Below are positions 40,370 to 50,803 of a stretch of DNA of 64,000 nucleotides, in pieces. Source of the DNA: an uncultured Thiobacillus sp. (GTDB taxonomy: Bacteria; Pseudomonadota; Gammaproteobacteria; Burkholderiales; Thiobacillaceae); contig CAZUVC010000009.1 of the NCBI GenBank assembly GCA_964623745.1, forward strand, positions 10,221 through 74,220, in the 5' to 3' direction. The notes under the pieces are model-generated. The model searched no databases, was not told where the DNA came from, and was given only the letters and a program-made list of their open reading frames with translations. Position 1 is the stretch's first letter. Each line of letters starts with the position of its first letter. The position numbers and the translations under genes are program-made.

Positions 40370-41108
40370 GCCATCTCCTCGTATTGTCTGTGCCAGGCAC
40401 AGTTATTGAAATGCGTGGCCGGGGTCCGGAGGCAGTCGCCCCTGGCGCCGGAAGTGCTGCGCCGGGACATCCCGGCGGTGCGTCAGACAGACGTGAGACA
40501 GCCGCCCGGCACGATGCCGAGCAGCCAAAAGGGGGCAATGAGAGTGTGTTCACCGCGACGCGAAACTGCGTGCGGTGCGGGTACAGCGGGCGCTGCGCTG
40601 TGCTGCTTCTCCATCCTTGCGGCCGTCTCCGTATTAATTGTTTTTATTATGTTTATTCCATTTTTATGACAGGGATTATTGACCCCGCATTACTTTTGCC
40701 CAATGGTTCTTTCGGACCCTGGGAGGCGGACAGATGGACCGGGATAGCAGACGAACTCAAGGCCAGCGCGGGCCATCGCGGATTCGAACTAACGGCGCAG
40801 GTGGGACGCATCCCGGTGCGGAGCGCGCCGGTGCCGGGGCCTCCAGGGAAGCCGAGACCTCAAGAACGCGCTGTATCTGCCGAAATCAAGCTTATGGATG
40901 ACCGTTCTAAAAGGAAAACAATATGAACCCTTCCTGTCCCATCCGGATGTCTCGACCCTGCCCGTTGTTGCCTCCGTTCGCCTGAGGGCATCAGCTGAGG
41001 CGCATGCGCGATGTCGACTTCACCGCCCTGTACGAATACATGCCACCAGCCAGGTCCTGGCAAGGCCGTGCGCCATGACGTACGGCAGCAACAGGCACGG
41101 CATCCAAC

Positions 41109-43079
41109 ATGACTGCTGACGCACCCACGAAAAGACAGGCCTACATTGAGCCTGTGATCCGCACGATTGCAGGCGGATTCGTCTTCGCGTGCGGCGCATT
41201 GATCTATCTCATACCGCAATGGTCGTTGCTTTGGGTTTCCATCCTGCTGTTCGTGGGATTCAACCTGTTTCAATCGGGCTTGACCACATTCTGCATGATG
41301 GAAAAACTGCTGAAGAAAATGCATTTCCGCAGTGAACTGGATGAAATCCGCAACCTGAGCAAAGCCAACGCGGAGGCGGAGGCCCGCGCCGCGTTCTACG
41401 ACACGCTGGGCCTGCTGAACGAAGTGGTGATCGAACTGGCGCCGAACGGCACCTTGGTGTTCCTGTCGGATCACTGGCTCAAGCTGCTGGGCAGCGAATG
41501 CCACAGCAATGCGCGTTTTCTGGGTCGGCCGTTCGTGGCCTTCATCAACAATCACGACCACCGTGCGATAGAAGACCTGCTAAAGGTCTTGCTGAATGGC
41601 GAGCGCGACACGATGAGCATGCGGTTCCGCATGCAGCGCGACGATCATCAGGAACACTGGGTCGAGGGAAAATTTGCCCTGTACTGGAAGCAGGGCCAGG
41701 TGCAGGGGGTGCGCGGGGTGCTGCGCGACGTAACGGAAACGCACGTGCAGGAAAAGCGCATCAGCCACATGGCCACGCACGACGCGCTGACCGGCTTGCC
41801 CAACCGGATCTATCTCGACGACCGCATCGACGAGGAAATCAGCCGTTCGGCCGCCACCGGGTCGAAGTTCGCCCTTCTGTTCATTGATCTCGACAACTTC
41901 AAGCAGATCAACGACCTGCACGGCCACAAGTCAGGTGACCAGCTCTTGAAGGAGGTCGGCAGCGTCCTCCGTTCGAGCCTGCGTTCGACCGACGTCCTGG
42001 CGCGCTGGGGCGGCGACGAATTCGTCATGCTGCTTCCTTTCACCGAGGATGCCGACGTCCCGCGCAAGGTGGCCGGCGAATTGATGCACAAGCTGCGACT
42101 GAGCCTCGAAACGAAATATCGCGATACCTTCGTCACGCTCAGCGTCGGCATCGCGGTCTACCCGGAGGATGCGGATACCGGCGAGGCCTTGCTGGTGCAG
42201 GCGGACAAGGCCTTGTTCTACGCAAAGTCACAGGGCCGGAACAACATCCAGCTGTTCGCCGACCTGCAGACCAACGCCGCCGGCTACGAAGACGTGGACA
42301 TGACGTCCCGTTTCGTCGCCGCGGTCAAGCAAGGCCAGCTCCAGGTGTATTACCAGCCGGTGATGGACGCCGCCGACCACGGCAGCATCGTCGGCGTGGA
42401 GGCCCTGGCCCGCTGGCATGACGAGAAATACGGATGGGTCAGCCCGGCCACCTTCATTCCGCTGGCCGAGAACCTCGGTCTGATCAACGAGGTCGGGCGT
42501 CAGGTGCTCGATCACGCGCTGACTCATTTCAGCCAATGCAGCGGCCGCTGCGCGGACCTGAAGCTAGCAGTGAACATTTCGACGCGCCAGCTGATGTCCA
42601 CCGACTTCTATCCCTTGCTGACGGCCATGGTGGAACGCTATGGGCTGAAACCCGGGCAGATCAAACTGGAAATCACCGAGAGCATCGCGCTGCAAGGTAT
42701 CGAGCAGGCCCGCGGCTACCTGAAAAAACTTTCGGATGCGGGCTTTACGCTCTCACTCGACGATTTTGGCACCGGATTTTCATCGCTGTCGCACGTGCAC
42801 GAATTGCCGTTCGACGAGATCAAGATCGATATTTCCTTCGTGCGCCGCATCAAAACGCCAGAAGGCAGAATCCTGGTCAAGACCATCGTCGACATGGGGC
42901 ACGCGATGCAACTGGTGCTGGTTGCGGAAGGCGTCGAGGACGGCGAAACGGCCGCGATTCTTCTGGAAATGGGCGTGGAAATGCTGCAGGGCTACTATTT
43001 CAGCCATCCGATGTCGAAGGATCGTTGTGCCGACTTCATTACGGGGCTGCAGTCGACCCCACTGGCTGCCGTGTCCTGA
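41109..43079 (+). CDS. DUF2892(YgaP-like TM)-PAS-GGDEF-EAL c-di-GMP enzyme
   Basis: FVGFNLFQSG.T.FC N-terminus, PAS, GGDEF, EAL and DDFGTG motifs. Confidence 0.9.
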   Translation: MTADAPTKRQAYIEPVIRTIAGGFVFACGALIYLIPQWSLLWVSILLFVGFNLFQSGLTTFCMMEKLLKKMHFRSELDEIRNLSKANAEAEARAAFYDTLGLLNEVVIELAPNGTLVFLSDHWLKLLGSECHSNARFLGRPFVAFINNHDHRAIEDLLKVLLNGERDTMSMRFRMQRDDHQEHWVEGKFALYWKQGQVQGVRGVLRDVTETHVQEKRISHMATHDALTGLPNRIYLDDRIDEEISRSAATGSKFALLFIDLDNFKQINDLHGHKSGDQLLKEVGSVLRSSLRSTDVLARWGGDEFVMLLPFTEDADVPRKVAGELMHKLRLSLETKYRDTFVTLSVGIAVYPEDADTGEALLVQADKALFYAKSQGRNNIQLFADLQTNAAGYEDVDMTSRFVAAVKQGQLQVYYQPVMDAADHGSIVGVEALARWHDEKYGWVSPATFIPLAENLGLINEVGRQVLDHALTHFSQCSGRCADLKLAVNISTRQLMSTDFYPLLTAMVERYGLKPGQIKLEITESIALQGIEQARGYLKKLSDAGFTLSLDDFGTGFSSLSHVHELPFDEIKIDISFVRRIKTPEGRILVKTIVDMGHAMQLVLVAEGVEDGETAAILLEMGVEMLQGYYFSHPMSKDRCADFITGLQSTPLAAVS

Positions 43080-43106
43080 TTGTCAGGCGGCAGCGCGCCC
43101 ACTGGC

Positions 43107-44101
<995 letters not shown>

Positions 44102-44126
44102 TCAATGTGAATGTTTGGGAGATTGT

Positions 44127-44232
44127 ATGAACACCATCATCCTGTGCACCGCCATCGAACACAAGGCAACCCTGTGGACACAGGATATCGACCTCATCGA
44201 CACAATGGCGTGAAGTGCCAAACCAAACCGGC
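44127..44232 (+). pseudogene. Frameshifted C-terminal fragment of a PIN/VapC toxin
   Basis: Reads TIILCTAIEHKATLWTQDIDL, then after a frameshift NGVKCQTK, resembling VapC C-termini (IILATA..ATLWTQD.DF..GV). Confidence 0.5.
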
Positions 44233-44243
44233 CTGGCTCGGTC

Positions 44244-45224
44244 TCATCGATCCAACGGGCTGGTTACACCTCGCCCGCCTTTATTCAGCACATGCGTATA
44301 AATCATCGTCGTCGCCACATCCTTGTGGCCCAGCAGTTCCTGCACCGTGCGGATATCGTACCCACTCGTCAGCAGGTGCGTGGCAAAAGAATGACGAAGT
44401 GTATGCGGCGTTGCCGGTTTGATGATCCCCGCATCGCGCACCGCCTGGCGAATGGCGCGCTGGATCGCCTGATCCTGCATGTGATGCCGGCGAACGACAC
44501 CGGAACGCGGATCGACCGACCGGTTCTTTGATGGAAAAACGTACTGCCAGCCCCACTCACGCCCGGCACTCGGATACTTTCGATCCAGCGCATAGGGCAG
44601 ATACACCTCGCCATACCCTTCGGCCACATCCTGTTCATGCAACGCACGCACCTGTTTCAAATGCGCCCTGAGCGGCTCCACCAGCATGGCTGGCAGCATC
44701 GTCACCCTGTCCTTGAAGCCCTTGCCTTCCCGCACCAGGATTTCGCCCCGCGAAAATTCCAGATCTTTTACCCTGAGCCGCAGCGCTTCCATGATTCGCA
44801 GCCCCGACCCATATAGCAAACCCGCAACGAGCCAATGCGTGCCTTTCAGCCGCGACAACACCGTTTGCGTCTCCTCCTGAGTAAGCACCACCGGAAGACG
44901 TTTGGGCGTCTTGGCCCGCTCCACGTCATCGAGCCATGGCATATCACGCTCAAGCACCTCGCGATACAAGAACAACAGCGCTGACTTGGCTTGGTTCTGA
45001 GTTGACGCGGCTACCCTGCCCTTCACCGCGAGATGCGTCAGGAACGCCTCCACCTCGCGAGCACCCATTTCGGAAGGGTGCCGCTTGTCAAAATGCAACA
45101 CGAAGCGTTTAATCCAGTCCACGTAAGCCTGCTCGGTACGGATGCTGTAGTGTTTAAGGCGAATCTTACCGCGTACCTGGTCCAGCAAGCGTGGCGACTG
45201 GATTAATGACGCATTCCCGTTCAT
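44244..45224 (-). CDS. intI: Integron integrase
   Basis: [19 protein letters not shown] and IYTH catalytic motifs; IntI-specific insert [16 protein letters not shown]. Confidence 0.97.
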   Translation of the reverse strand: MNGNASLIQSPRLLDQVRGKIRLKHYSIRTEQAYVDWIKRFVLHFDKRHPSEMGAREVEAFLTHLAVKGRVAASTQNQAKSALLFLYREVLERDMPWLDDVERAKTPKRLPVVLTQEETQTVLSRLKGTHWLVAGLLYGSGLRIMEALRLRVKDLEFSRGEILVREGKGFKDRVTMLPAMLVEPLRAHLKQVRALHEQDVAEGYGEVYLPYALDRKYPSAGREWGWQYVFPSKNRSVDPRSGVVRRHHMQDQAIQRAIRQAVRDAGIIKPATPHTLRHSFATHLLTSGYDIRTVQELLGHKDVATTMIYTHVLNKGGRGVTSPLDR

Positions 45225-45289
45225 GTTAGGACGCCCTAAAAATTGATAACGAATTGTTTTTTAGCACATTTTCTTAAAAGCGAATCTCG

Positions 45290-45313
45290 AATGACGGTTT
45301 ATAAAGCGTCATT
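45290..45313. promoter_or_regulatory. 24-bp near-perfect palindrome between intI and the attI crossover
   Basis: AATGACGGTTTATAAAGCGTCATT. Confidence 0.45.
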
Positions 45314-45337
45314 TAGGATGGCTACTTAACGTTAGAG
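45314..45337 (+). other. attI: attI site (crossover G/TTAGAG at 45331)
   Basis: GTTAGAGCC is complementary to GGCTCTAAC at the end of cassette 1; left limit of attI uncertain. Confidence 0.75.
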
Positions 45338-45346
45338 CCCACCCTC

Positions 45347-45778
45347 ATGTTGCAGAACTTCAAGCACATGCCGCTAATCCTCAAGCTCCTGACGGCTCAC
45401 GGCTTGATGTGTTTAATGTTGTTGGTCTTCTCAGTTATCCCGAACGGTTCAATGTCAATTGACGGAAAAGAAGTCACTTACGCTCAATGGTGGAGTAGTG
45501 GCGCTGGTGTATTTGCTTCTGCGGTTGGGTTAGCTCTGCCGTTTTCCGCTTGGCTCATTCTTCAAAAGTCCACACTCGCACGTCCTGTCTATCTATCGTC
45601 GCTCGTTCTCACCCTGGTTTTACCGTATCTCATTTTCTGGGAAAACTATGGCTCAGCCATTGCTGGTGCGGTGTTAGTCATGCTTGTTGCCGGCTATTTG
45701 TATAGGAAGAAATCCGTGGTCGCATACTTTGGCTCTAACCCATCATTCAAGCGGGACGCGCTAAAGCGCGCCCCTTAA
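45347..45778 (+). CDS. Cassette 1: membrane protein (ORF runs into attC)
   Basis: About 4 hydrophobic segments. Confidence 0.75.
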   Translation: MLQNFKHMPLILKLLTAHGLMCLMLLVFSVIPNGSMSIDGKEVTYAQWWSSGAGVFASAVGLALPFSAWLILQKSTLARPVYLSSLVLTLVLPYLIFWENYGSAIAGAVLVMLVAGYLYRKKSVVAYFGSNPSFKRDALKRAP

Positions 45779-45792
45779 TTCAAACGTTAGGG
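45733..45792 (+). repeat. attC: attC 1 (60 bp)
   Basis: CTCTAAC...GTTAGGG with internal palindrome. Confidence 0.9.
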
Positions 45793-45805
45793 ATATACAC
45801 ACCGA

Positions 45806-46078
45806 ATGACCCCACGTTTAACTTTCATGAATGCCTCGGACATCATTCGGGATGGGCTGGGTGTCGAAATCGTAGACGAAAACCATCAAACCGTTGCCGA
45901 GGTTTTTCGCCGCGACGCAGATCAAACAGTTGTCGTGAACACCTTTGGAAATGATGTTCCGCTTGATGCATTGGAAGAACTGCTTTCCTATGCGCGTAGT
46001 TACCTTGAGCCATTTGAAAATGGCAGTCCCCTCAATGAGGCCACAAATTTCGGCCTATTCGAAGCGAAGTCCAAATAG
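45806..46078 (+). CDS. Cassette 2: acidic hypothetical protein
   Basis: Sole ORF filling the cassette. Confidence 0.7.
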   Translation: MTPRLTFMNASDIIRDGLGVEIVDENHQTVAEVFRRDADQTVVVNTFGNDVPLDALEELLSYARSYLEPFENGSPLNEATNFGLFEAKSK

Positions 46079-46100
46079 GACGCTCTAAATATGAACCCAT

Positions 46101-46178
46101 CCCTAACCCGGCGCTCAACCGCGCTCCCTTCGGTCGCTGGACGGCGCTAAAGCGCCGCCGGTTAGCTCTACGTTAGGG
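46101..46178 (+). repeat. attC: attC 2 (78 bp)
   Basis: CCCTAAC...GTTAGGG. Confidence 0.9.
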
Positions 46179-46190
46179 TGCACGATCGCT

Positions 46191-46469
46191 ATGCCGATAC
46201 CTAAAGACAAACACGGTCGCACTGTAGTTGTGGGTTCGCGAGTCAGGGTTCTTGAGCTATCCCCCTCATTCTTGGAATCGTTGCCAAAAGAAGAAATTGA
46301 AGATGTGCTCTCAATGATTGGAGAGGTGTTTGAAGTGTACGAAATAGATGAGTACGGCTCTCCTTGGATTGAGAAAGGCTGGCATTTTCCAGAAGACGGT
46401 AAGTACAGCAGTCATTCCATAGCGCTCGATTCAAACGAAATGGAGTTGGTCGATGACAAAGCACTCTAA
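46191..46469 (+). CDS. Cassette 3: hypothetical protein, possible SH3/KOW-like barrel
   Basis: VGSRVRV pattern; stop lies in the attC R'' site. Confidence 0.7.
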   Translation: MPIPKDKHGRTVVVGSRVRVLELSPSFLESLPKEEIEDVLSMIGEVFEVYEIDEYGSPWIEKGWHFPEDGKYSSHSIALDSNEMELVDDKAL

Positions 46470-46541
46470 CCCGGCGCTCAACCTCGCTCCCTTCGGTCGC
46501 TGGACGCCGCTAAAGCGGCGCCGGTTAGCTCTACGTTATGC
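46464..46541 (+). repeat. attC: attC 3 (78 bp)
   Basis: CTCTAAC...GTTATGC. Confidence 0.9.
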
Positions 46542-46963
46542 ATCTAATGACTGAGCAGCGATTTCAAATAGCATCGCTAGTCGCGCCATGCACACCAGCC
46601 CTATTTGTATTCATTGGTTACCAGACACAAAGCTTTCATTGGAATTTTCTAATTGTGGGTTTTGCATTGCTTACCGGCTATTTGGGGTTTTTCATAGTTG
46701 GTTATCCTCTAATTTATCTGCTTCGTCGGACAGGCTTTCTGAGTCTTCCTGTGCTAATGCTGTCCGGCCCGGTATTAGGTGTTCTTGTTTTCTATTTTTT
46801 CTTACTATTCCTAGGTTTCCTTCTGGGGTCATCTGCGTCTTTTGAGTTATCCGCCATTCTTTGGGGCGCAGCGCTTGGCTTGTGTGTAGCACTTTCTTTT
46901 GGGCTAATCGCAGGCATAACATGGCGTTCAAGCGGGACGCCGCAAAAGCGCGGCGCCCCTTAA
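46538..46963 (+). CDS. Cassette 4: membrane protein (ORF runs into attC)
   Basis: About 4 hydrophobic segments. Confidence 0.7.
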   Translation: MHLMTEQRFQIASLVAPCTPALFVFIGYQTQSFHWNFLIVGFALLTGYLGFFIVGYPLIYLLRRTGFLSLPVLMLSGPVLGVLVFYFFLLFLGFLLGSSASFELSAILWGAALGLCVALSFGLIAGITWRSSGTPQKRGAP

Positions 46964-46976
46964 CTTTACGTTATGC
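46914..46976 (+). repeat. attC: attC 4 (63 bp)
   Basis: GCATAAC...GTTATGC. Confidence 0.9.
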
Positions 46977-47392
46977 CTAGTATGGAATTGAGCAATTTCG
47001 CGCTAGACGAGGATCTGATAGCTATAGAGGTCGGGGGTCTCTATCTGGACCTACACAACAATTTTGACTTCACCGGATACTCAAAAGAGGGGACTACCGT
47101 TGAACTCAAATGGAAGGTGACAACAGGTGATTGGGTTCCGGCTGAGATTCCCACTGAGCTAATGCTTAAATTTGAAGGTGTGTCATATCTGGAAGCAAGA
47201 GGGAATCTTGCTGACGCCACGCAATTAAATGAAATGGGTTTTTTCGAAAATTCGACCCAAGGCAATGTTGAATATAATGGAACTAATAAACCGTCAGAGG
47301 GTAGGAGTTTATTGTTGTTCCGGTTTATCGATGGCGGGGAGCTCGCTATCTCGGGAGTGAAAGCAACATGCGTAGTTACAAAAAAAGCATAA
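46973..47392 (+). CDS. Cassette 5: hypothetical protein
   Basis: Sole ORF; stop lies in R''. Confidence 0.7.
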   Translation: MPSMELSNFALDEDLIAIEVGGLYLDLHNNFDFTGYSKEGTTVELKWKVTTGDWVPAEIPTELMLKFEGVSYLEARGNLADATQLNEMGFFENSTQGNVEYNGTNKPSEGRSLLLFRFIDGGELAISGVKATCVVTKKA

Positions 47393-47446
47393 CCCTGCGC
47401 TCAAGCGGGACGCGCCTTCGGCGCGCCCCTTAGCTCCACGTTAGCC
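47387..47446 (+). repeat. attC: attC 5 (60 bp)
   Basis: GCATAAC...GTTAGCC. Confidence 0.9.
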
Positions 47447-47449
47447 ATC

Positions 47450-47893
47450 ATGAGCATTGATCCTGATTACGCCGCGGTAGCGGTTATTGCGACGGTCTTT
47501 TTTGTGGCCTTACTCTCGCCGATCATCGCTGCCAGTTACCTCTCAATGTTCAGGGGGCGCGGCGTTCCAGGTAGGTGGCTGTTTATGTTCTTCGGCCCAG
47601 CAATCGCCTATGCAATCTTGCTGGTTGCTACCGTCGCCTTTTTTCTTCCCTTCTACCTAATCGGTGTCTTTCTCGTCCCGGCCCTCCGCGATCTTGGGCA
47701 CAACCTGCCATTTTGGGTGCCATTGCTGGATTGGGTTATCAATTACGACTACCTCATCATTAGCACTTTGCTTGTCGCACTGACGGTTTGGCTGGTGCGC
47801 TATGTGTGGCCACGTTGGCCCGGTGTTCTCGCCGCCATGGCTAACCCTACGGTCAAGCGGGACGCGCCGCAAGCGGCGCGCCCCTTACCTTAA
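47450..47893 (+). CDS. Cassette 6: membrane protein (ORF runs into attC)
   Basis: 3-4 hydrophobic segments. Confidence 0.7.
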   Translation: MSIDPDYAAVAVIATVFFVALLSPIIAASYLSMFRGRGVPGRWLFMFFGPAIAYAILLVATVAFFLPFYLIGVFLVPALRDLGHNLPFWVPLLDWVINYDYLIISTLLVALTVWLVRYVWPRWPGVLAAMANPTVKRDAPQAARPLP

Positions 47894-47902
47894 ACGTTAG
47901 GC
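47839..47902 (+). repeat. attC: attC 6 (64 bp)
   Basis: GGCTAAC...GTTAGGC. Confidence 0.9.
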
Positions 47903-47909
47903 CTTGATC

Positions 47910-48482
47910 ATGAATCACAGCCGGCTCCGAGAACTTCAGCGAGGTGAATTTCGCGATCCCGCTCGCTTTCTTGTCGCGCTTCGTGCGCTTGAGCCAAAGG
48001 TCGCCAGTTCATCCCTGGGCGCACGCGTCAAACAGCTTCGGACAAATAACTTAAGGGAATGGCGCGAAGCGAGAGAGGCTGCACTGTTCTGTTATGGCAT
48101 GGCGCAAAGAATTGGACAGCCTATCTATCTGAGTCGCAGAGAATCACAAGACTATGACTTTGTAGCCTCTTGGGTCGTGGGCGACGAGCAACACTTCGCG
48201 CCCGTCCAGTTGAAAGAAGTCGTTCCCGAATCCCTCAACGCAAACTCAAGCTTAGAAAAGGTTATACAGTCCCTCACGAAGTACGCCGACTCAGAAGACC
48301 TAACGGTTGCGATACACCTGAACCGACAAGTGCACTTTGATCCGAAGACTTTAGCCATTCCACAATTGCGCATCGCTGCACTATGGGTCTTCGCCTCGAT
48401 CTGCCCTGACCAATCCGAGTGGGGCCTGTGGGGAAATTTTCTTGAGCAGCCGGAGGGAACTCGTTTTGCATATCCGGCCTAA
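47910..48482 (+). CDS. Cassette 7: hypothetical protein, possible PD-(D/E)xK-like nuclease fold
   Basis: EAREAALF...DYDFV...VQLKE pattern. Confidence 0.65.
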   Translation: MNHSRLRELQRGEFRDPARFLVALRALEPKVASSSLGARVKQLRTNNLREWREAREAALFCYGMAQRIGQPIYLSRRESQDYDFVASWVVGDEQHFAPVQLKEVVPESLNANSSLEKVIQSLTKYADSEDLTVAIHLNRQVHFDPKTLAIPQLRIAALWVFASICPDQSEWGLWGNFLEQPEGTRFAYPA

Positions 48483-48557
48483 CATGGCGGTCGAGAGGGA
48501 CGCTTGCAAGCGGTGCTGCGCACCGCTCGCAACCGCCCCTCACCTTCAACGTTATGC
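48477..48557 (+). repeat. attC: attC 7 (81 bp, divergent type)
   Basis: GCCTAAC...GTTATGC. Confidence 0.85.
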
Positions 48558-49165
48558 ATAAAGTTACATTACTGATCAAGGCGTGTTTGCTAATTGCCAG
48601 CGCAATGTCGTTGGTTGCCTGTAGTACGGGTATGTTTTTGAGGCCATCCGCAGAATCCGGCATATTAGTGAAGGAAAACGCAGCCTGTCCGGGCCCCGCT
48701 CGCGTCATTCAATTTACGCCTGACAATATAAATTGGGTTCATCTCCGTATATATGCTGTCCCTATTAATGCTGTCCCTACGAATCGGCCAAAACTGCAAA
48801 CCCAGCTAGTCATAGCGGTAGAAACGCAGGTTGGCCTAGGGTTGCCTAGGTCTGAATGGAAGGGCGACGAGTTCAAACGCAGGAGCAAACACAAGTTTGA
48901 ACTCCGTGCTGAAAATCCCGAAATCACTCTTGTTTACCCTGATGGTCGTGAGCGCGTTTTCTCAGTTTCTTTACTAAAAGGCGTTCATTTCCTCGAGTCT
49001 GAAACTATCTTGTTGACAAGGGAGGATGTGTACCTTGGCGATACTCTGCTTGACGGATTTATTATTCGATTGCCTGCTGTTTATATCGACGGCGAGAAAA
49101 TAAATATTCCGCCTATTAAATTTACGCCTGACAAAGAACACTACGTACCGGTTCTAAATTGCTAA
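48554..49165 (+). CDS. Cassette 8: predicted lipoprotein
   Basis: Lipobox LVAC. Confidence 0.72.
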   Translation: MHKVTLLIKACLLIASAMSLVACSTGMFLRPSAESGILVKENAACPGPARVIQFTPDNINWVHLRIYAVPINAVPTNRPKLQTQLVIAVETQVGLGLPRSEWKGDEFKRRSKHKFELRAENPEITLVYPDGRERVFSVSLLKGVHFLESETILLTREDVYLGDTLLDGFIIRLPAVYIDGEKINIPPIKFTPDKEHYVPVLNC

Positions 49166-49166
49166 T

Positions 49167-49244
49167 GCATAACATGGCGCTCAACCTCGCTCCCTTCGGT
49201 CGCTGGACGGCGCTGAAGCGCCGCCGGTTAGCTCTACGTTAGGT
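49167..49244 (+). repeat. attC: attC 8 (78 bp)
   Basis: GCATAAC...GTTAGGT. Confidence 0.9.
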
Positions 49245-49248
49245 TGTT

Positions 49249-49509
49249 ATGGGGATAGATGAACTAATTGCCCTTGCGCACGAAAAGCGATTCGCCGGAA
49301 ACGTCGTCGAAGCAGAAAAACTCTATCTCGAAGCAGCAAACAAAGGTAGTGGGCATGCTGCCCATGAACTTGGTGTTTTGTACATTACGGGTGGTGAAGG
49401 CTTAGAGCCTAGCTTTGAAAAAAGCCAATACTGGCTTCAAAAATCCTTAGAGTCTGGTTTTGAGGCAGCGATTGCGAGTGACCCAGAATGGTTCAAGAAA
49501 ACAACCTAA
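49249..49509 (+). CDS. Cassette 9: Sel1-like repeat protein
   Basis: AANKGSGHAAHELGVLY..G.G...WLQKS..SG. Confidence 0.78.
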   Translation: MGIDELIALAHEKRFAGNVVEAEKLYLEAANKGSGHAAHELGVLYITGGEGLEPSFEKSQYWLQKSLESGFEAAIASDPEWFKKTT

Positions 49510-49585
49510 CATTGCGTTCAAGTTCGCTCCCTTCGGTCGCTGGGACGCGCCGCAAGCGGCGCGCCCCTTAACTTAAACGTTAGGC
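49504..49585 (+). repeat. attC: attC 9 (82 bp)
   Basis: ACCTAAC...GTTAGGC. Confidence 0.9.
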
Positions 49586-49591
49586 ATTTCG

Positions 49592-49915
49592 ATGAGAAAA
49601 CTTGTCCTCATCTTGGCTCTTCTTGTTGCCGGAGTCATTGGCATGTGGGTGGTTGATGTTTATAAAGACAAGCATTACGACGTTGCCGTAACTCAAACTA
49701 CACCCTTATATAACTCTGAAACCGATGCCGCATACGCCAATTCTCTAAATAAGCCCAAACCCACTCCCATCAGACATCTATTACCAGGCGAGAAGGTTGT
49801 GGTGAAAAGAACAACCTATGGCAAAGCCTATTGGGCTTTAAAAATAGAGACAGTTGATGGCACTGTGGGATGGGTAGCCGCCGGGCAAAAAGGTATAGAA
49901 ATTGTTAACCCGTAA
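49592..49915 (+). CDS. Cassette 10: exported bacterial SH3-like protein
   Basis: N-terminal TM/signal; LLPGEKVVV..LKIET.DGTVGWV. Confidence 0.7.
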   Translation: MRKLVLILALLVAGVIGMWVVDVYKDKHYDVAVTQTTPLYNSETDAAYANSLNKPKPTPIRHLLPGEKVVVKRTTYGKAYWALKIETVDGTVGWVAAGQKGIEIVNP

Positions 49916-49921
49916 CCAGAT

Positions 49922-49982
49922 GCCTAACCCTGCATTCGATCCGACCGCCGCAAGCGGCGTCGGCTCAATTTGAACGTTAGCC
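49922..49982 (+). repeat. attC: attC 10 (61 bp)
   Basis: GCCTAAC...GTTAGCC. Confidence 0.88.
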
Positions 49983-49991
49983 ATAAAAGAC

Positions 49992-50306
49992 ATGAGCACA
50001 CGACCGTACGCTGAACGGTATTCGAAACTGCGCTTTTCACTCATAGCGTTCTGTGGTGTTTTCTGTGTTTTTGTTTTCTACTCGCCTGGCAGTTCAGCCT
50101 CCAAGGCTGGGGTCATGGTCTTGTGGGTCACTGCTTGGCTCGCTTTCAATATCCAAGTGGCCCTTGTTGTCCGCTCAATTCGCGGTTCAGTTATTCTCTG
50201 GCTATTGTCATCACTTCCAGCCACATTACTTGTCCCGCCGTTTGCACTCATCCCATTTTTTCTCGCTCGTAAAAAGCTCCATGGAGGCTACGTTCCGCAT
50301 GGCTAA
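49992..50306 (+). CDS. Cassette 11: small membrane protein
   Basis: 3 hydrophobic segments; stop lies in R''. Confidence 0.68.
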   Translation: MSTRPYAERYSKLRFSLIAFCGVFCVFVFYSPGSSASKAGVMVLWVTAWLAFNIQVALVVRSIRGSVILWLLSSLPATLLVPPFALIPFFLARKKLHGGYVPHG

Positions 50307-50378
50307 CCCGGCGCTCAACCTCGCTCCCTTCGGTCGCTGGACGGCGCTAAAGCGCCGCCGGTTAGCCCTACGTTAGGC
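50301..50378 (+). repeat. attC: attC 11 (78 bp)
   Basis: GGCTAAC...GTTAGGC. Confidence 0.9.
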
Positions 50379-50383
50379 TGCCC

Positions 50384-50803
50384 ATGATGCCGCGTCGGAT
50401 CCTACAAGCGTACCTAGGCATACTCATTGCGCACTTCGTTGCTGCTACTGTCACCGTCTTGCTAGGGTTGGATCACCCGGTCTCGTCCCTTCTCGCATGG
50501 CTTGGGTGGGTTCTTGTGGTGGCAGCGGGAGTGGCCGTCGCTGTTGGCAAGCTGTCGCTCCCGACGGCAGCCCTTCTTTCCCTACCGTTTTCCGCAATCT
50601 GGTTCGGCTATGGCCTGCTCATGTTTGCCTTTGGCTGGGGCAGCGTCTCTCCGACGTGGTCATCGGAGGAGACGTCTCGCATGTTTCAAGGGTTCCTAGC
50701 GGCAAGTGCATTCTTTGCAATTATTGGTGCGGCTCTTGCCGTTAGTGGGGCTATCGGCGCTCGTCTCTTCATGCGGTATCGGAGGTCTGGGGATGCAGCC
50801 TAA
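50384..50803 (+). CDS. Cassette 12: membrane protein
   Basis: 4 hydrophobic segments; stop lies in R''. Confidence 0.7.
   Translation: MMPRRILQAYLGILIAHFVAATVTVLLGLDHPVSSLLAWLGWVLVVAAGVAVAVGKLSLPTAALLSLPFSAIWFGYGLLMFAFGWGSVSPTWSSEETSRMFQGFLAASAFFAIIGAALAVSGAIGARLFMRYRRSGDAA

Noticed and set aside
40370..41108. Riboswitch, sigma-54 promoter or ORF 40384-40926 in the MCO/GGDEF intergenic region
   Set aside because: No riboswitch consensus recognised, TGGCA words lack GG-N10-GC spacing, and the ORF has no protein-like features; an Rfam scan would be decisive
45225..45330. LexA box and cassette promoter Pc
   Set aside because: No CTGT-N8-ACAG and no convincing -35/-10 pair could be assigned by eye
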